DNA of 64,000 nt, taken from contig OZ244065.1 of the NCBI GenBank assembly GCA_965215505.1, positions 4,448,001 through 4,512,000 of the forward strand. The letters run 5' to 3'. This DNA is from Capsulimonadaceae bacterium. GTDB lineage: Bacteria; Armatimonadota; Armatimonadia; Armatimonadales; Capsulimonadaceae. The translations under genes were made by a program, and so were the position numbers. Below are positions 41,264-53,101 of the stretch, in pieces (within the stretch, counting starts at the first letter, position 1; the number at the start of each line of letters is the position of its first letter). The notes below the pieces were generated by a model that saw only the letters and a list, made by a program, of their open reading frames with translations, was not told the DNA's origin and searched no databases.

Positions 41264-41947
41264 TCAGTGGGTGTGCGCGTGGCTGTGCGGGATGCCGACG
41301 TAGGGCGCGTGGGCGTCAATGATGGACCGGCGCTCGCCCGAGGGCACGGCCAGCTTCCCCTCCAGCCAGCCGACCACGGCGTCCAGCCCCTCGCCGTCTT
41401 TGAGGTTCGTGAACAGGAAGGGCCGGTCAATACGCATGAGCCGCGCGTCGCGGTCCATGACGGCAAGCGACGCGCCGACCATCTCGGCCAGGTCCGTCTT
41501 GTTGATGACCAGCAGGTCCGAGCGCTGGACGCCCGGACCGCCCTTGCGCGGGACCTTGTCGCCGCCCGCCACGTCAATGACGTAGACCCAGACGTCCACC
41601 AGTTCGGGGCTGAACGCGGCGGAGAGGTTGTCGCCGCCGCTCTCGACGAAGATCAGTTCCAGCCCCGGCAGGGCGTCTTCCAGGTCGGCAATGGCCTCCA
41701 GGTTCATGGAGGCGTCCTCGCGGATAGCGGCGTGGGGGCAGCCGCCGGTCTCGACGCCCCGGATGCGCTCCAGGGGCAGCGTCCCCTGCCGCAGCAAAAA
41801 CTCGGCGTCTTCTTTGGTGTAGATGTCGTTGGTGACAACGGCGAGGCTATACTTCGCCGAGAGCCGGCGGCTCAGGCAATCCACAAGCGCCGTTTTGCCG
41901 CTCCCGACCGGCCCGGCGATCCCGACGCGATATGCTCTTTCAGTCAT
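41264..41947 (-). CDS. ureG: Urease accessory GTPase UreG with a His-rich tail
   Basis: [26 protein letters not shown]. Confidence 0.97.
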   Translation of the reverse strand: MTERAYRVGIAGPVGSGKTALVDCLSRRLSAKYSLAVVTNDIYTKEDAEFLLRQGTLPLERIRGVETGGCPHAAIREDASMNLEAIADLEDALPGLELIFVESGGDNLSAAFSPELVDVWVYVIDVAGGDKVPRKGGPGVQRSDLLVINKTDLAEMVGASLAVMDRDARLMRIDRPFLFTNLKDGEGLDAVVGWLEGKLAVPSGERRSIIDAHAPYVGIPHSHAHTH

Positions 41948-41973
41948 GATCCTGCTCCTCTCGGACGATTGAG

Positions 41974-42951
<978 letters not shown>

Positions 42952-43010
42952 GGTGTGTTCTTTCTGAGTGTCCGGGACTGCCGCCCGGCTTCCTCGGCCT
43001 GCCGGGCCTG

Positions 43011-45698
43011 TCACCGCTGCGGCTCCCCGTCAGCCAGCGCGTATTCCATTGCCTGCTCCATCGTCATCGCCCGCCCCGCGTCCCAGGCGGCGACGAAGGC
43101 GGCCTCCCCCAGCGCCGCGCGCACGGCAGCCACCTGCGCGTCGATCTTCCCTTGTGCCGCCGGGGGAAAAGGGCTGCCGATGCTCGCGCGCAGGGCGGAG
43201 GCGGCGGCCCCCAACCGCGCCGCTCGTGACGCCTGGCTCTGCCCACAGGCCACGGCAGACATGCCTTCCAAATTACAGGCGATGCCCCGCTGGTCCCCTA
43301 GCTGACGATAGAGGGTCAGGCTCTCCTCGTGCAAGGCCCGCGCCCCTACGAAGTCACCCTGTTCAAAGGCCACAACCCCCAGGTTTATGAGCGATTCGGC
43401 GATGCCGTTCTGGTCCCCCAACTGCCGAGAGAGGGTCAGGCCCTCCTCCTGCAAGGCCCGAGCATCCGCCAAGTCGCCTTGCTGGTAGGCCACATTTCCC
43501 AGGTTGTTCAGCGCGTTGGCGACGCCCTGCTGGTCCCCCAACTGCCGAAAGAGGCTCAGGCCCTCCTCGTACAAGGCCCGCGCCCCCGCAAAGTCGCTCT
43601 GACCAGAGGCCACAACCCCCAGGTTGCCGAGCGAGCCGGCGATGCCCTGCTGGTCCCCCAACTGCCGCCGGATCGTCAGGCTCTCCTCGAACAAGGCCCG
43701 CGCCCCCGCAAAGTCGCCCTGCGCCCAGGCCAGAGCGCCTGCTCCGTTGAGCGCCTTGGCCCGTGCCGCCGATCCCTCCCGGACTCCCACGCCCTCTCTC
43801 CCTGCGCCCTCCGGCTTTATCCGCGCCAACGCCCGGCCCAGCCATTGACGACCCTCCGTAAAGTGGCCGCGCACCCACCAGAACCGCCACAGCGGCCCCG
43901 CCAGGCGCAGGCCATCCTCCCGACCGTCCGCCGACTGCTCCTCCCAAGCAAGGCTCGCCCGCAGGTTGTCGTGCTCCCGCTCCAGACGCCCAAGCCACGA
44001 CGCCTGCTCAGGACCCCGCAACTGGCTCTCCGCCTCCTCCGCCAGACCCAGGAACCAAGACGCCGACCGACCCTGCACCGCCGCCGCCTCCCCGCTCTCC
44101 CCCAGACGGTCCCCCGCGTACTGCCGCACTGTCTCCAGCAGTCGGTAGCGCCCCACATCCCCGTCTACCCCTTCTTCATACACCGCCAGCGACTTGTCTG
44201 CTAACCCCGTCAGCAGGTCCAGCACCTCCCACCCCTCGACGCCATCGCCCGAACAGACCCCCTCTGCCGCCGCCAGAGTCCAACCCCCCGCGAAGACCGA
44301 CAGCCGGCAGAGCAAGGTCTTCTCCGCCGCAGTCAGCAGGTCATACGACCAGTCAATCAAAGCCCGCAGCGTCTGCTGCCGGGGGAGCGTGTTCCTCGCA
44401 CCGCCCGTCAGCAGCCGGAACCTCTGGCCCAGCCGCGTGTTGATCTCCTCCACCGACAAAGACCGCACCCGCGCCGCCGCCAGTTCCAGGGCCAGCGGGA
44501 TGCCGTCCAGGCGGAAACACACCCGCGCCACGGCGGGCGCGTTCCCGTTTGTCACCGCGAACGACGGCCGCACGGCCTGGGCGCGCTCGATGAACAGGCG
44601 CACCGCCTCGAACTGAGACAGCGACTCGAGCGTCTGCGCCCGCTTGGGGTCCGGCATGGACAATGACGGGACGCGGTAGACCTGCTCGCCCGCCACGTTC
44701 AGCGGCTCGCGCGAGGAGGCCAGCAGGTGAACGTCTGGGCAAGCGCGCAGCAGGTCGGCGGTCAGGGAGGCACAGGCGGCGACCAGATGCTCGCAGTTAT
44801 CCAGGACGAGCAGGAGGCGCTTGGCCTTCAAGGCATTCACGAGCGTCTGCTGGATCGGCTTTCCGGCCTGCTCCTGGACGCCCAGCACGTCGGCGACGGC
44901 CTGGGGGACGAGGGCGGGGTCGGAGAGTGCAGCCAGCTCGACGAGCCAGACGCCGTCGCCGTCGCCCGTCAGCAGGTCGGCGGCCACTTGCAGCGACAGC
45001 CGCGTCTTGCCCGCCCCGCCCGGCCCTACCAGAGTCAGCAGGCGCGTCCGGCCCAGCAGCGCCTCGACCTCCTCCACCTGTTTCTCGCGCCCGATGAAAC
45101 TCGTGGGCTGCTGGGGCAGGTTGTTGGGCAGGTCCGGGTTGTCCAGCGAGCGCAGGGGCGGGAAATCGGCGGCGAGCGCGGGGTGGAGAAGCTGGAAGAC
45201 CTGTTCGGGGCGTCCGAGGTCCTTGAGCCGGTGCTGGTTCAGGTCGCGCAGGGTGGCACCCGGCGGTAGCGCGTCCTGGACCAGTTCGCGTGTGGCCGTG
45301 GAGAGCAGCACCTGGCCGCCATGCCCCGCCGCCATCAGCCGGGCGACGCGGTTGAGGGGCGGTCCGAAGTAGTCGCCGCCGCGCTCTTCGGCGGCCCCGG
45401 TGTGCAGGGCCATCCGCACGGAAAGTGGCGTGGGCATCTCCCACGGCTCGGCGGCGAGTGCGAGTTGGGCGGCGAGGGTGGCCTCCAGCGCATCGTTTGC
45501 GGTGGGGAAGGCGGCGCAGAAGGCATCGCCGACGGTCTTGAAGACGTAGCCTTCATGGTCCTCGATATTGCTGCGAAGGAGGTCTTCGTGGCGGGCGAGG
45601 GCTTGGCGCATGGCCTCGGGGCGCTGCTCCCAGAGCTTCGTGCTGCCCTCGATGTCGGTGAACAGGAACGTGACGGTGCCGGTAGGCGGGAGAGGCAT
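43011..45698 (-). CDS. Class III adenylate/guanylate cyclase - STAND (AfsR-type) NTPase - TPR protein
   Basis: [51 protein letters not shown]; 40-aa TPR repeats. Confidence 0.92.
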   Translation of the reverse strand: MPLPPTGTVTFLFTDIEGSTKLWEQRPEAMRQALARHEDLLRSNIEDHEGYVFKTVGDAFCAAFPTANDALEATLAAQLALAAEPWEMPTPLSVRMALHTGAAEERGGDYFGPPLNRVARLMAAGHGGQVLLSTATRELVQDALPPGATLRDLNQHRLKDLGRPEQVFQLLHPALAADFPPLRSLDNPDLPNNLPQQPTSFIGREKQVEEVEALLGRTRLLTLVGPGGAGKTRLSLQVAADLLTGDGDGVWLVELAALSDPALVPQAVADVLGVQEQAGKPIQQTLVNALKAKRLLLVLDNCEHLVAACASLTADLLRACPDVHLLASSREPLNVAGEQVYRVPSLSMPDPKRAQTLESLSQFEAVRLFIERAQAVRPSFAVTNGNAPAVARVCFRLDGIPLALELAAARVRSLSVEEINTRLGQRFRLLTGGARNTLPRQQTLRALIDWSYDLLTAAEKTLLCRLSVFAGGWTLAAAEGVCSGDGVEGWEVLDLLTGLADKSLAVYEEGVDGDVGRYRLLETVRQYAGDRLGESGEAAAVQGRSASWFLGLAEEAESQLRGPEQASWLGRLEREHDNLRASLAWEEQSADGREDGLRLAGPLWRFWWVRGHFTEGRQWLGRALARIKPEGAGREGVGVREGSAARAKALNGAGALAWAQGDFAGARALFEESLTIRRQLGDQQGIAGSLGNLGVVASGQSDFAGARALYEEGLSLFRQLGDQQGVANALNNLGNVAYQQGDLADARALQEEGLTLSRQLGDQNGIAESLINLGVVAFEQGDFVGARALHEESLTLYRQLGDQRGIACNLEGMSAVACGQSQASRAARLGAAASALRASIGSPFPPAAQGKIDAQVAAVRAALGEAAFVAAWDAGRAMTMEQAMEYALADGEPQR
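43286..43735 (-). repeat. 120-bp tandem repeats (about 3.7 copies) encoding TPR units
   Basis: TGGTCCCC(C/T)A(A/G)CTG(C/A)CG recurs at 43291, 43411, 43531 and 43651. Confidence 0.85.
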
Positions 45699-45961
45699 GG
45701 TGGTCCTCCTCGATGTGTCGCAGGACGTGTCGCAGGACGAGGGACGGCGGTAACAGTTCCACGGGTACGCCGGGATTTCCTGCCCGCCACTGTGACACGG
45801 GGGGCGCTCAAGGATTATGACAAGCCACCGGCACTCCCAGTGCCGGTCTACTGAGGAGTGAAAGTCGCTCCGCGACTGAGGACAGGAGGACAAGCCGGCA
45901 GGGGTCTGAGTCTTCACGATGGGCGTTGGTTTACAAGTGATGGCCTCCTAGCGAGGGGGTA

Positions 45962-46115
45962 CGAGTGGTTGGAAACCACTCGCTAGGAGCAGCGTCCTTC
46001 GGACGAGAACCAGCCCGGCCGAGGGATACGGGCATCTTCGCGCATGGCCGCACAGTTCCGTATTCCTCTGCCGTCCGCAGGACGCCTTTTCTAGCGAGTG
46101 GTTTCCAACCACTCG
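45962..46115. repeat. Inverted-repeat element (about 44-bp arms; second REP/REPIN-like family)
   Basis: CGAGTGGTTGGAAACCACTCGCTAG...GCGTCCTTCGGACG and an inverted copy at 46072-46115. Confidence 0.8.
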
Positions 46116-46134
46116 GCCTCTCTCGGCTATTGAT

Positions 46135-48477
46135 CTAATCGCTTGCCAGCGTGATGACCACCGAACCCGCGCCCGCCGTTGGCCGAATCAGAACACCGCC
46201 CTCAGTCGTCTCCGCCGCGCCGCCCTGCACCGCCTCAACGCCCGCGATGCCCACCAGCAGCACCCGCCAGTCGCCTTCGCCGCGCACGTCCGCCGTGAGC
46301 GTCCGGCCCCGCCGCTTGACTTCGATCACCAAAGCCTCGCCGCCCTCGCGGGTCGGGACCACGGCGCTCATCGTCGCGCCTTCCGATGCCTCATAGACCT
46401 GGAACGTGACGCCGCTTGCGTAGTCATAGTCCGGGCGGTCGTCGGTGTCGCCGACGGGGATGACCGAGCCGGGCCGCACCAGCAGGGGCAGGCTCAGGAA
46501 GCCGTGCGTTTCGTTGACCCAGCGCGGGCCGACAATGACCCGGCCCGTCAGGAAGTCGGTCCAGCGGCCTTCGGGCACATAGTAGCTCACGCGGTCATTT
46601 GAAAAGACGGGGGCGACCAGCAGGGACGGGCCGAGCATGTACTGGCGGTCCAAATAGTCGGAGGCCGGGTCGTCCGGGAACTCCAAGAGCATGGCGCGCA
46701 TCATCGGGGCACCCGTCTGGTGCGCCTCAGTGGCCGCGCCGAACAGATACGGCATGAGCCGGCACTTGAGCTTGGTGAAGAAGCGCAGCACGTCCACGGC
46801 TTCATCGTCATACACCCAGGGCACCCGGTACGACGAGCTTCCGTGCAGGCGGCTGTGCGGGGACAGCAGGCCGAAGGCCACCCAGCGTTTGTAGACGGCG
46901 GCGGGCGGCGTCCCCTCGAAGCCGCCGATGTCGTGGCTCCAGAACCCGAACCCGGACAGGCACAGCGACAGGCCGCCACGCAGGCTCTCGGCCATGGACT
47001 CGAACTCCGAGGCACAGTCGCCGCCCCAGTGGACCGGGAACTGCTGGCTCCCCGCTGACCCCGACCGCGCGAACAGGACCGCCTCTCCCTCCCCGCGCTC
47101 CTGACGCAGCAGGTCGAAGACCACTTTGTTGTAGAGGTACGAGTAGTAGTTGTGCATCCCCGCCGGGTCCGACCCGTCAAAGTAGGCGACATCGGTCGGG
47201 ATGCGCTCCCCGAAGTCCGTCTTGAAGCAATCCACGCCCTGATGGAGCAGTGCCCGTAGCTTGCCCGCGTACCACGCAGCGGCCTCGGGGTTGGTGAAGT
47301 CCACGATGCCCATGCCCGGCTGCCACTGGTCGGTCTGCCAGACGGACCCGTCGGCCCGCTTCAGCAGGTAGCCATTTGCCTCGCCCTCCTTGAACAGCGG
47401 CGACCGCTGGCCGATGTACGGGTTGATCCAGACGCAGATGTGCAGGCCGCGCTCCTTGAGCCGCGCGAGCATCCCCGCCGGGTCCGGGAAGACGCGCGCG
47501 TCCCACTCGAAGTCGCACCAGCGGAACTCGCGCATCCAGAAGCAGTCGAAGTGGAAGACGTGCAGCGGCAGGTCTCGGTCGGCCATGCCCTGGATGAACC
47601 CCGTGACCGTGTCCTCATCGTAGCTCGTCGTGAACGAGGTCGTCAGCCACAGCCCGAACGACCACGGCGGCGGCAGCGCGGGCCGCCCGGTCAGGGCCGT
47701 ATACTTTGCCAGCACCTCTTTGGGCGAAGGCCCGTAGATGACGAAGTATTCCAATGCTCGGCCCGGAACGCTGAACTGGACGCGCGAGACCTTCTCCGAG
47801 GCCACTTCAAACGAGACGTTCTCGGGGTGGTTGACGAAGACGCCGTAGCCCCGATTGGTCAAATAGAACGGCACGTTTTTGTAGGCCTGGTCGCTGCCGG
47901 TGCCGCCGTCCTTGTTCCACATCTCCACGACCTGGCCGTTCTTGGCAAAGGCCGTGAACCGCTCGCCTAGGCCGTAGACGTTCTCGCCGACGCCAAGCCC
48001 GAGCCGCGTCATCATGTACGGCCCGAGCGGGTCACCTTCGGCCCCCGCGCCAAGCTCGGCCAGGCCCATGCTGCGGTCCCCACTCCGGGTGACGATTTTG
48101 CCCTCGGCGTCTACGAAGTCCAGGCTAAAGCCCGACCGGCTGACGCGCGCCGTCAGGCTCCCGCTGGTCAGGGAGGCGTACTGCTCGCCGTCCTGCACCG
48201 TGACCTCGTGCCCCTCCTGCGGGTAGACGGGGAAGTGCGGGCCGGAATCGAGGCCGCCCTCGTAGTGCGTCAGGCGCACCCGGATCACGTCCGGCATCGG
48301 GGAAGAGAGCCTCAGGGTCAGCAGCGGCCCAGTGAGCGTATCGCCCCGGTGCCGGATCGGCTGGGCTGGGGCGTAGACCGTCAGCGTCTCGTCGGTCGCG
48401 TCTACTTCGTGTGCCTGCGCCGGGTAGGAAGCGCGCACGCCCTGACGCATCAGCCAGTTGCCATCGGTAAATTTCAT
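46135..48477 (-). CDS. yicI: Alpha-xylosidase, GH31
   Basis: MKFTDGNW, FHFDCFWM, FKTDFGERIP, WSHDIGGF. Confidence 0.95.
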   Translation of the reverse strand: MKFTDGNWLMRQGVRASYPAQAHEVDATDETLTVYAPAQPIRHRGDTLTGPLLTLRLSSPMPDVIRVRLTHYEGGLDSGPHFPVYPQEGHEVTVQDGEQYASLTSGSLTARVSRSGFSLDFVDAEGKIVTRSGDRSMGLAELGAGAEGDPLGPYMMTRLGLGVGENVYGLGERFTAFAKNGQVVEMWNKDGGTGSDQAYKNVPFYLTNRGYGVFVNHPENVSFEVASEKVSRVQFSVPGRALEYFVIYGPSPKEVLAKYTALTGRPALPPPWSFGLWLTTSFTTSYDEDTVTGFIQGMADRDLPLHVFHFDCFWMREFRWCDFEWDARVFPDPAGMLARLKERGLHICVWINPYIGQRSPLFKEGEANGYLLKRADGSVWQTDQWQPGMGIVDFTNPEAAAWYAGKLRALLHQGVDCFKTDFGERIPTDVAYFDGSDPAGMHNYYSYLYNKVVFDLLRQERGEGEAVLFARSGSAGSQQFPVHWGGDCASEFESMAESLRGGLSLCLSGFGFWSHDIGGFEGTPPAAVYKRWVAFGLLSPHSRLHGSSSYRVPWVYDDEAVDVLRFFTKLKCRLMPYLFGAATEAHQTGAPMMRAMLLEFPDDPASDYLDRQYMLGPSLLVAPVFSNDRVSYYVPEGRWTDFLTGRVIVGPRWVNETHGFLSLPLLVRPGSVIPVGDTDDRPDYDYASGVTFQVYEASEGATMSAVVPTREGGEALVIEVKRRGRTLTADVRGEGDWRVLLVGIAGVEAVQGGAAETTEGGVLIRPTAGAGSVVITLASD

Positions 48478-48522
48478 GGCGCTATTATACTGCGAAGTCG
48501 CCGTTTGCACAAGTAGAGTCTC

Positions 48523-48551
48523 TTGACTCGGCTCCCATTCGCCGCTATAAT
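48523..48551 (+). promoter_or_regulatory. Sigma70-type promoter for the GH2 gene
   Basis: TTGACT-N17-TATAAT. Confidence 0.75.
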
Positions 48552-48611
48552 CAAAGCATAACCTGACGACCCCGCAATGCGCCGGCTCCGCCGGCCCCCC
48601 GAACTAACCCG

Positions 48612-51600
48612 ATGAAAACAAAACTTTTTCTCTGCTTCTTTGCCCTCCTTGCGCCGGTATCTGTGACGCCGGCCATGTCCCAGATCATGCCGTCGGCCAC
48701 GCCGGGCGTGTCCCCCGCCTCACTGCCCCTGCCGCTGCCCGGCATGTCCGCGCTGCCTCCGGACCGGCTGCGGGCCGAAAACCCGTGGAACCTGCCAATG
48801 ACCGGCCTGTGGCGTTTCAAGCTGACCCACGGGCGAATCATAGACGGCCATTTCCAGACGGGGCCGCCCGGAGACCGGTTCGTGACCGCCTCCAGCAGCG
48901 AGAACGGCAACCCGCCCCGAAACGCCTTCGACGGTGACCCCAACACGCGCTGGTGCGCCGACGGCCCGACCTTCCCGCAGCGTCTCCAGGCCGACCTGGG
49001 GCGGACCCGGCGCGTCTCCGGCCTCACCCTGACTTGGGAGAAGCCCGACGAGCGGTTCCAGTGCCGCGTGGAGGGCGGCGCGGACGGGCGGCGCTGGACG
49101 ACGCTGGCGGATGCGTCCGCCGCGCCCGGCCTCGGCGACGGGCCAGTGACGCTCACGCCCGCCGACGTCCGCTACGTCCGCGTCGTCGTCCTGGGCGGCG
49201 CATCGGGCAACTGGGCGTCCCTCCGCGAGTGCCGGATTCAGTTCGTTGAGGACGGCAAGGAGGTCGCCTGGCAGCCGCCCGCCCCGGAGCCTGTGACCGT
49301 CCCGGCCTCCGACACCGACTTCGCCCAGCCCGCCACGGCGGACCAGGACTGGGACAATCTCGCCGTCCCCTCCAACTGGGAGATGGCGGGCTACTCCGTC
49401 CCGACCTACAACTCCGTGGATGACACCGTGGGCCAATACCGGCGCTATGTCACCATCCCCAAGACGTGGACGGGCCGGCACATCTTCTGGCGCTTCGACG
49501 GGGCATTGGTCGGCGCGGAGGTCTTCGTCAACGGACAGTCGGCGGGCTACCACGAGAGCGGCTATACGGCCTTCGATGTGGACGTGACCGGCCTGGTCAA
49601 GCCAGGCCAGCGCAACCTGTTCGCCGTGCGCGTCTCCAAAACGACGCCCTCTTCGGACTGCGAGACCGGGGACTTCCAGTGCATGGGAGGCATCTACCGG
49701 GAGACGTCTTTGATCTCCGTCCCCGCCACACACGTCCACGACCTGACCGTGCGGACCCCCCTGGCCGCCAACCACCAGGACGCCACCCTCGCCGCCGACG
49801 TGCAGGTGATGGGGACGCCGGGCGAGGCGGTCGGCCTGGCCGGAACCCTGGTCGGGTCAGACGGGCGGCAGACGCCGGTCCGGCTGGCCGGGTCTGGCCG
49901 CGTCGGCGCGGACGGGACGGTCACGGTCGCCCTGAGCAGCCCCGTCGCCGCCCCCAGGCTGTGGTCGGCGGAGAAGCCGAACCTGTACTACCTCGTCTTG
50001 CAGTTAACGCGCGCCGGCAAACCGGTCGAACGGGTGGAGCAGCGGTTCGGGTTCCACCAGGTCGAGATCCGAAACAACGTAGTTTTGTGGAACGGCAAGC
50101 CCATCAAATGCACCGGCGTCTGCCGGCACGACGAGTGGGCCGACAAGGGCTTCGCGCTGACCGATGTGCAGTGGCGCAAAGATTTGAGCATGATGAAGGC
50201 CGCCAACATCAACGCCATCCGCACCTCCCACTACAACCATGCCGCCCGGTTCCTGGAACTGTGCGAGGAGCAGGGCGTCTATATCCTGGACGAAGTGCCC
50301 TTCTGCTGGATCAATGAGAAGAATAATGACCCCGCCTTCGCGCCCGCCCTGCTGCGCCGCGCCGCCGACACCCTGGGCCGCGACAAGAACCGGCCCTGCG
50401 TTCTCTCCTGGAGCCTGGGCAACGAGAACGGGGTCGGGAAGAACTCCCAGACCGTGATCGATTTCGTCAAGGCGCAGGACCCGACGCGCCCCTCCTTCAT
50501 CTCGCAGGGCGGCTATTGGGGACCGAAGGGGCAGTCCTTCCAGGACATGCACTACCCGACGCCCGCCGACGTGGACAACTACGTCGCTCGGGACTCGGGC
50601 AGGCTGCCCGCCCAGTTCTCCGAGCAGCCGCACATCTTCTACCAGAAAGAGGCGCAGGACTTCGACCCCGGCGCCTCCGATCTCTGGTCCGAAACCCTGA
50701 CGCGGACCTGGGACAAGATCCGGGTCGCGCCGACGATCCTCGGCTCGTTCATCTGGGAGTGGCAGAACCAGGGCATCGCGGACCCGAACCCCGACAAGAC
50801 GCGCGACTTCTACTACGGCAGAGACTATCTGCGCCAGGAGAACAACAAGGGCGTCGTGGACGCCTACCGCAACCCCAAGCCCGAGTATTGGATCGTTAAG
50901 ATGGCCTACAGCCCGGTCGGCATCGGCGCGCGCACGGTTTCCCCGGTGGGCGGCTCCTGTGCGGTCGCACTCACGAACCGCTACTCCTTCACCGACCTCA
51001 GCGAACTCCCCTGCCGCTGGACCGCCCTCAGCGGCGCGGCCGTCCTGAAGAGCGGCGTCAGCCGCATCCCCTGCGCCCCTGGCGGGTCGGCGACGGCTCA
51101 CTTCCCGGCCCCGGCCAACATGACCGCGCTGCGCCTGGAGTTCGTCCGGGCCGATGGAGTCGCGCTTGCCCTCGCGCGGCTGGATGTGACGGGTGCCCCG
51201 GCCCCGATGCCGCCCGCTGCCGTTGCCACCGGCGGGCCGCTGGCCGTTCAGGACGGCGCGGACGCGCTGACGGTCAGCAGCGCCGCGCAGGCCATCACCT
51301 TTGATAAGGCCGACGGGTCCATCCGGTCCTGGCACGTCGCTGGGCGCGACATGCTGGCGTCCGGCCCCGCGCTCACCCTGGGCGAGTCGCGCGGCGGCAA
51401 CACGAGAGGCTATTACCGGTCTGCCACACCGCCCGTCACGGGCGGCGCGACCGTCACCTCCCAGACTCAGCCGGACGGCTCCGTCCGCGTCGCCGTCACC
51501 GGCCCCGTCTTGGCGAGCGTTGGAGGTCAAGCCCTTGGCACTCTCGACCGCACCTACGACATCCGGCCTACGGGCGAGGTCGCCGTCCACTGGACACTCA

Positions 51601-52037
51601 ACTGGACTGCCCCCCAGACCAATCTGTGGGAGGTCGGCATGAAGCTCGCCGCCCCCGCCGCCGACACCCGCCTGAACTGGCTGCGCGACTCGTTCTTCAC
51701 CGTCTACCCCGCCGGGCACCTGGGCGAGCCGACCGGAACCGCCGTCGCCGGCAGCACCCTGTTCCGCGCCTCCAAGCGCGGCCTGCACTGGTTGACGCTC
51801 ACGGATGCATCGGGCGCAGGCCTCGCCCTCCTGGAAGACGGCTCGCCGCTCGTGGGCCGCGCCCAGCCCACAGACGGGGCCACAGCCCTGTTCGCCAGCC
51901 GCGAAGTCGCCGTGTCCAAGGAGTTCAGCGGGACTTGGGTGGCTGACCATGACATCGTCGCCGCTCCGGGCAAGCCGATCACCGGGGCCTTCACCCTGCG
52001 CGCGGTCGCGCCGGGCCGGGCCGTGGCGAAGCGATAG
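48612..52037 (+). CDS. GH2 beta-galactosidase-like protein with an F5/8 (discoidin) domain
   Basis: Signal peptide; NAFDGDPNTRW; GGIYRE, WSAEKPNLY, NAIRTSHY, WSLGNE. Confidence 0.92.
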   Translation: MKTKLFLCFFALLAPVSVTPAMSQIMPSATPGVSPASLPLPLPGMSALPPDRLRAENPWNLPMTGLWRFKLTHGRIIDGHFQTGPPGDRFVTASSSENGNPPRNAFDGDPNTRWCADGPTFPQRLQADLGRTRRVSGLTLTWEKPDERFQCRVEGGADGRRWTTLADASAAPGLGDGPVTLTPADVRYVRVVVLGGASGNWASLRECRIQFVEDGKEVAWQPPAPEPVTVPASDTDFAQPATADQDWDNLAVPSNWEMAGYSVPTYNSVDDTVGQYRRYVTIPKTWTGRHIFWRFDGALVGAEVFVNGQSAGYHESGYTAFDVDVTGLVKPGQRNLFAVRVSKTTPSSDCETGDFQCMGGIYRETSLISVPATHVHDLTVRTPLAANHQDATLAADVQVMGTPGEAVGLAGTLVGSDGRQTPVRLAGSGRVGADGTVTVALSSPVAAPRLWSAEKPNLYYLVLQLTRAGKPVERVEQRFGFHQVEIRNNVVLWNGKPIKCTGVCRHDEWADKGFALTDVQWRKDLSMMKAANINAIRTSHYNHAARFLELCEEQGVYILDEVPFCWINEKNNDPAFAPALLRRAADTLGRDKNRPCVLSWSLGNENGVGKNSQTVIDFVKAQDPTRPSFISQGGYWGPKGQSFQDMHYPTPADVDNYVARDSGRLPAQFSEQPHIFYQKEAQDFDPGASDLWSETLTRTWDKIRVAPTILGSFIWEWQNQGIADPNPDKTRDFYYGRDYLRQENNKGVVDAYRNPKPEYWIVKMAYSPVGIGARTVSPVGGSCAVALTNRYSFTDLSELPCRWTALSGAAVLKSGVSRIPCAPGGSATAHFPAPANMTALRLEFVRADGVALALARLDVTGAPAPMPPAAVATGGPLAVQDGADALTVSSAAQAITFDKADGSIRSWHVAGRDMLASGPALTLGESRGGNTRGYYRSATPPVTGGATVTSQTQPDGSVRVAVTGPVLASVGGQALGTLDRTYDIRPTGEVAVHWTLNWTAPQTNLWEVGMKLAAPAADTRLNWLRDSFFTVYPAGHLGEPTGTAVAGSTLFRASKRGLHWLTLTDASGAGLALLEDGSPLVGRAQPTDGATALFASREVAVSKEFSGTWVADHDIVAAPGKPITGAFTLRAVAPGRAVAKR

Positions 52038-52065
52038 TCTTGCTGCAATCGAAAGGAAATAGAAA

Positions 52066-52992
52066 ATGACTGTTATCACCCCTACGGGCTTGGTCGGAAC
52101 CTCAGCGCGGCTGCCGGGCCTGACCCGCTACGTCTACGGCACCACGCGGCTCGGCGACGGCTCCCTGCCCTTCGAGGCGCGCGTCGCCGTCGCCCGCGCC
52201 GCCATTGATGCGGGCGTGTCCCTGCACACCAGCCACTCCTACGGGGACGCCCTGCAAGTCCTGCGGGCGGCTCTGGATCAGGACCGCTCCACCATCCCCA
52301 CCATGATCTACAAGATCGGCTGGGACTCGGTCGCGCAGATCCGCGAGGTCATCCAGCAGAACCTCGAACCGCTGGCCCTGGACCACATGGCCGTCGGCCA
52401 GCTCTGCCTGGGCGGCCCGCTGGCCGAACAGTTCCGCACCGGTGGCCCCGCCTGCGCCGAGCTGCGCGGGCTGAAGGAAGAGGGCTTGGTCGGGCGCTTC
52501 GTGCTGGAAACCTGGCCCTGGAGTTCCGATGTGCCTGTGGACGCCCTCCGCGGCGGCCACGCCGAGGGCCTGATTGACGGCTACATCTTCTACCTGAATC
52601 CCTTGCAGCGCTTCGTTTCGGACGCCCTGTGGGACCTGCTCCAAGAGCGTGGGGAGACGATCGTTGCCATGCGGACCGTCGCGGGCGGGTCGCTGGACCG
52701 GCTGAAGGAGAATGGCCCGGAGTACCTGCGGACGCGGGCGGCACAGATGGCCCCCGTCTACGCGCGTTCGGGCTGCGGGTCGTGGCCGGAGTTCTGCGCG
52801 CGTTTTGCTCTGGGGTATTCCAACGTGGCGGCGACGGTGGGGGCGACCTCGCGGGTGGAGAACCTGCGCGAGTTCACGGCGGCGGTGGAGGCTGTGGAGC
52901 CGCTGCCGGCTGACGTGGTAGCGGAGATCGAGGCCTTACAGCGGCGCTGGGCCGACGAACACGACCGGCATGCGGCCCCGTGGTCCATGTAG
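52066..52992 (+). CDS. Aldo/keto reductase-like protein
   Basis: YVYGTTRLG, HTSHSYG, ATVGATSRVENL. Confidence 0.75.
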   Translation: MTVITPTGLVGTSARLPGLTRYVYGTTRLGDGSLPFEARVAVARAAIDAGVSLHTSHSYGDALQVLRAALDQDRSTIPTMIYKIGWDSVAQIREVIQQNLEPLALDHMAVGQLCLGGPLAEQFRTGGPACAELRGLKEEGLVGRFVLETWPWSSDVPVDALRGGHAEGLIDGYIFYLNPLQRFVSDALWDLLQERGETIVAMRTVAGGSLDRLKENGPEYLRTRAAQMAPVYARSGCGSWPEFCARFALGYSNVAATVGATSRVENLREFTAAVEAVEPLPADVVAEIEALQRRWADEHDRHAAPWSM

Positions 52993-53038
52993 AGGCAGGG
53001 GACGGGGACCCGGCCCGAAAGACCCGGCGCGCATGAAC

Positions 53039-53097
53039 CCGGCCCTGAAGGGCCGGTCTACTCCCGGCTCCGCCGGAGGGCCGCCCCTTCGGGGCTT
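53039..53097. repeat. Hairpin cluster between convergent genes (REP-like/terminator)
   Basis: CCGGCCCTGAAGGGCCGG and GCCCCTTCGGGGC palindromes. Confidence 0.55.
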
Positions 53098-53101
53098 CGG
53101 A

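Noticed and set aside
45851-45880. Hammerhead-ribozyme-like CTGAGGA..GAAA followed by a GTCGC/GCGAC stem
   Set aside because: Stem II is absent, the cleavage-site base would be G, and no stem I pairing is available.
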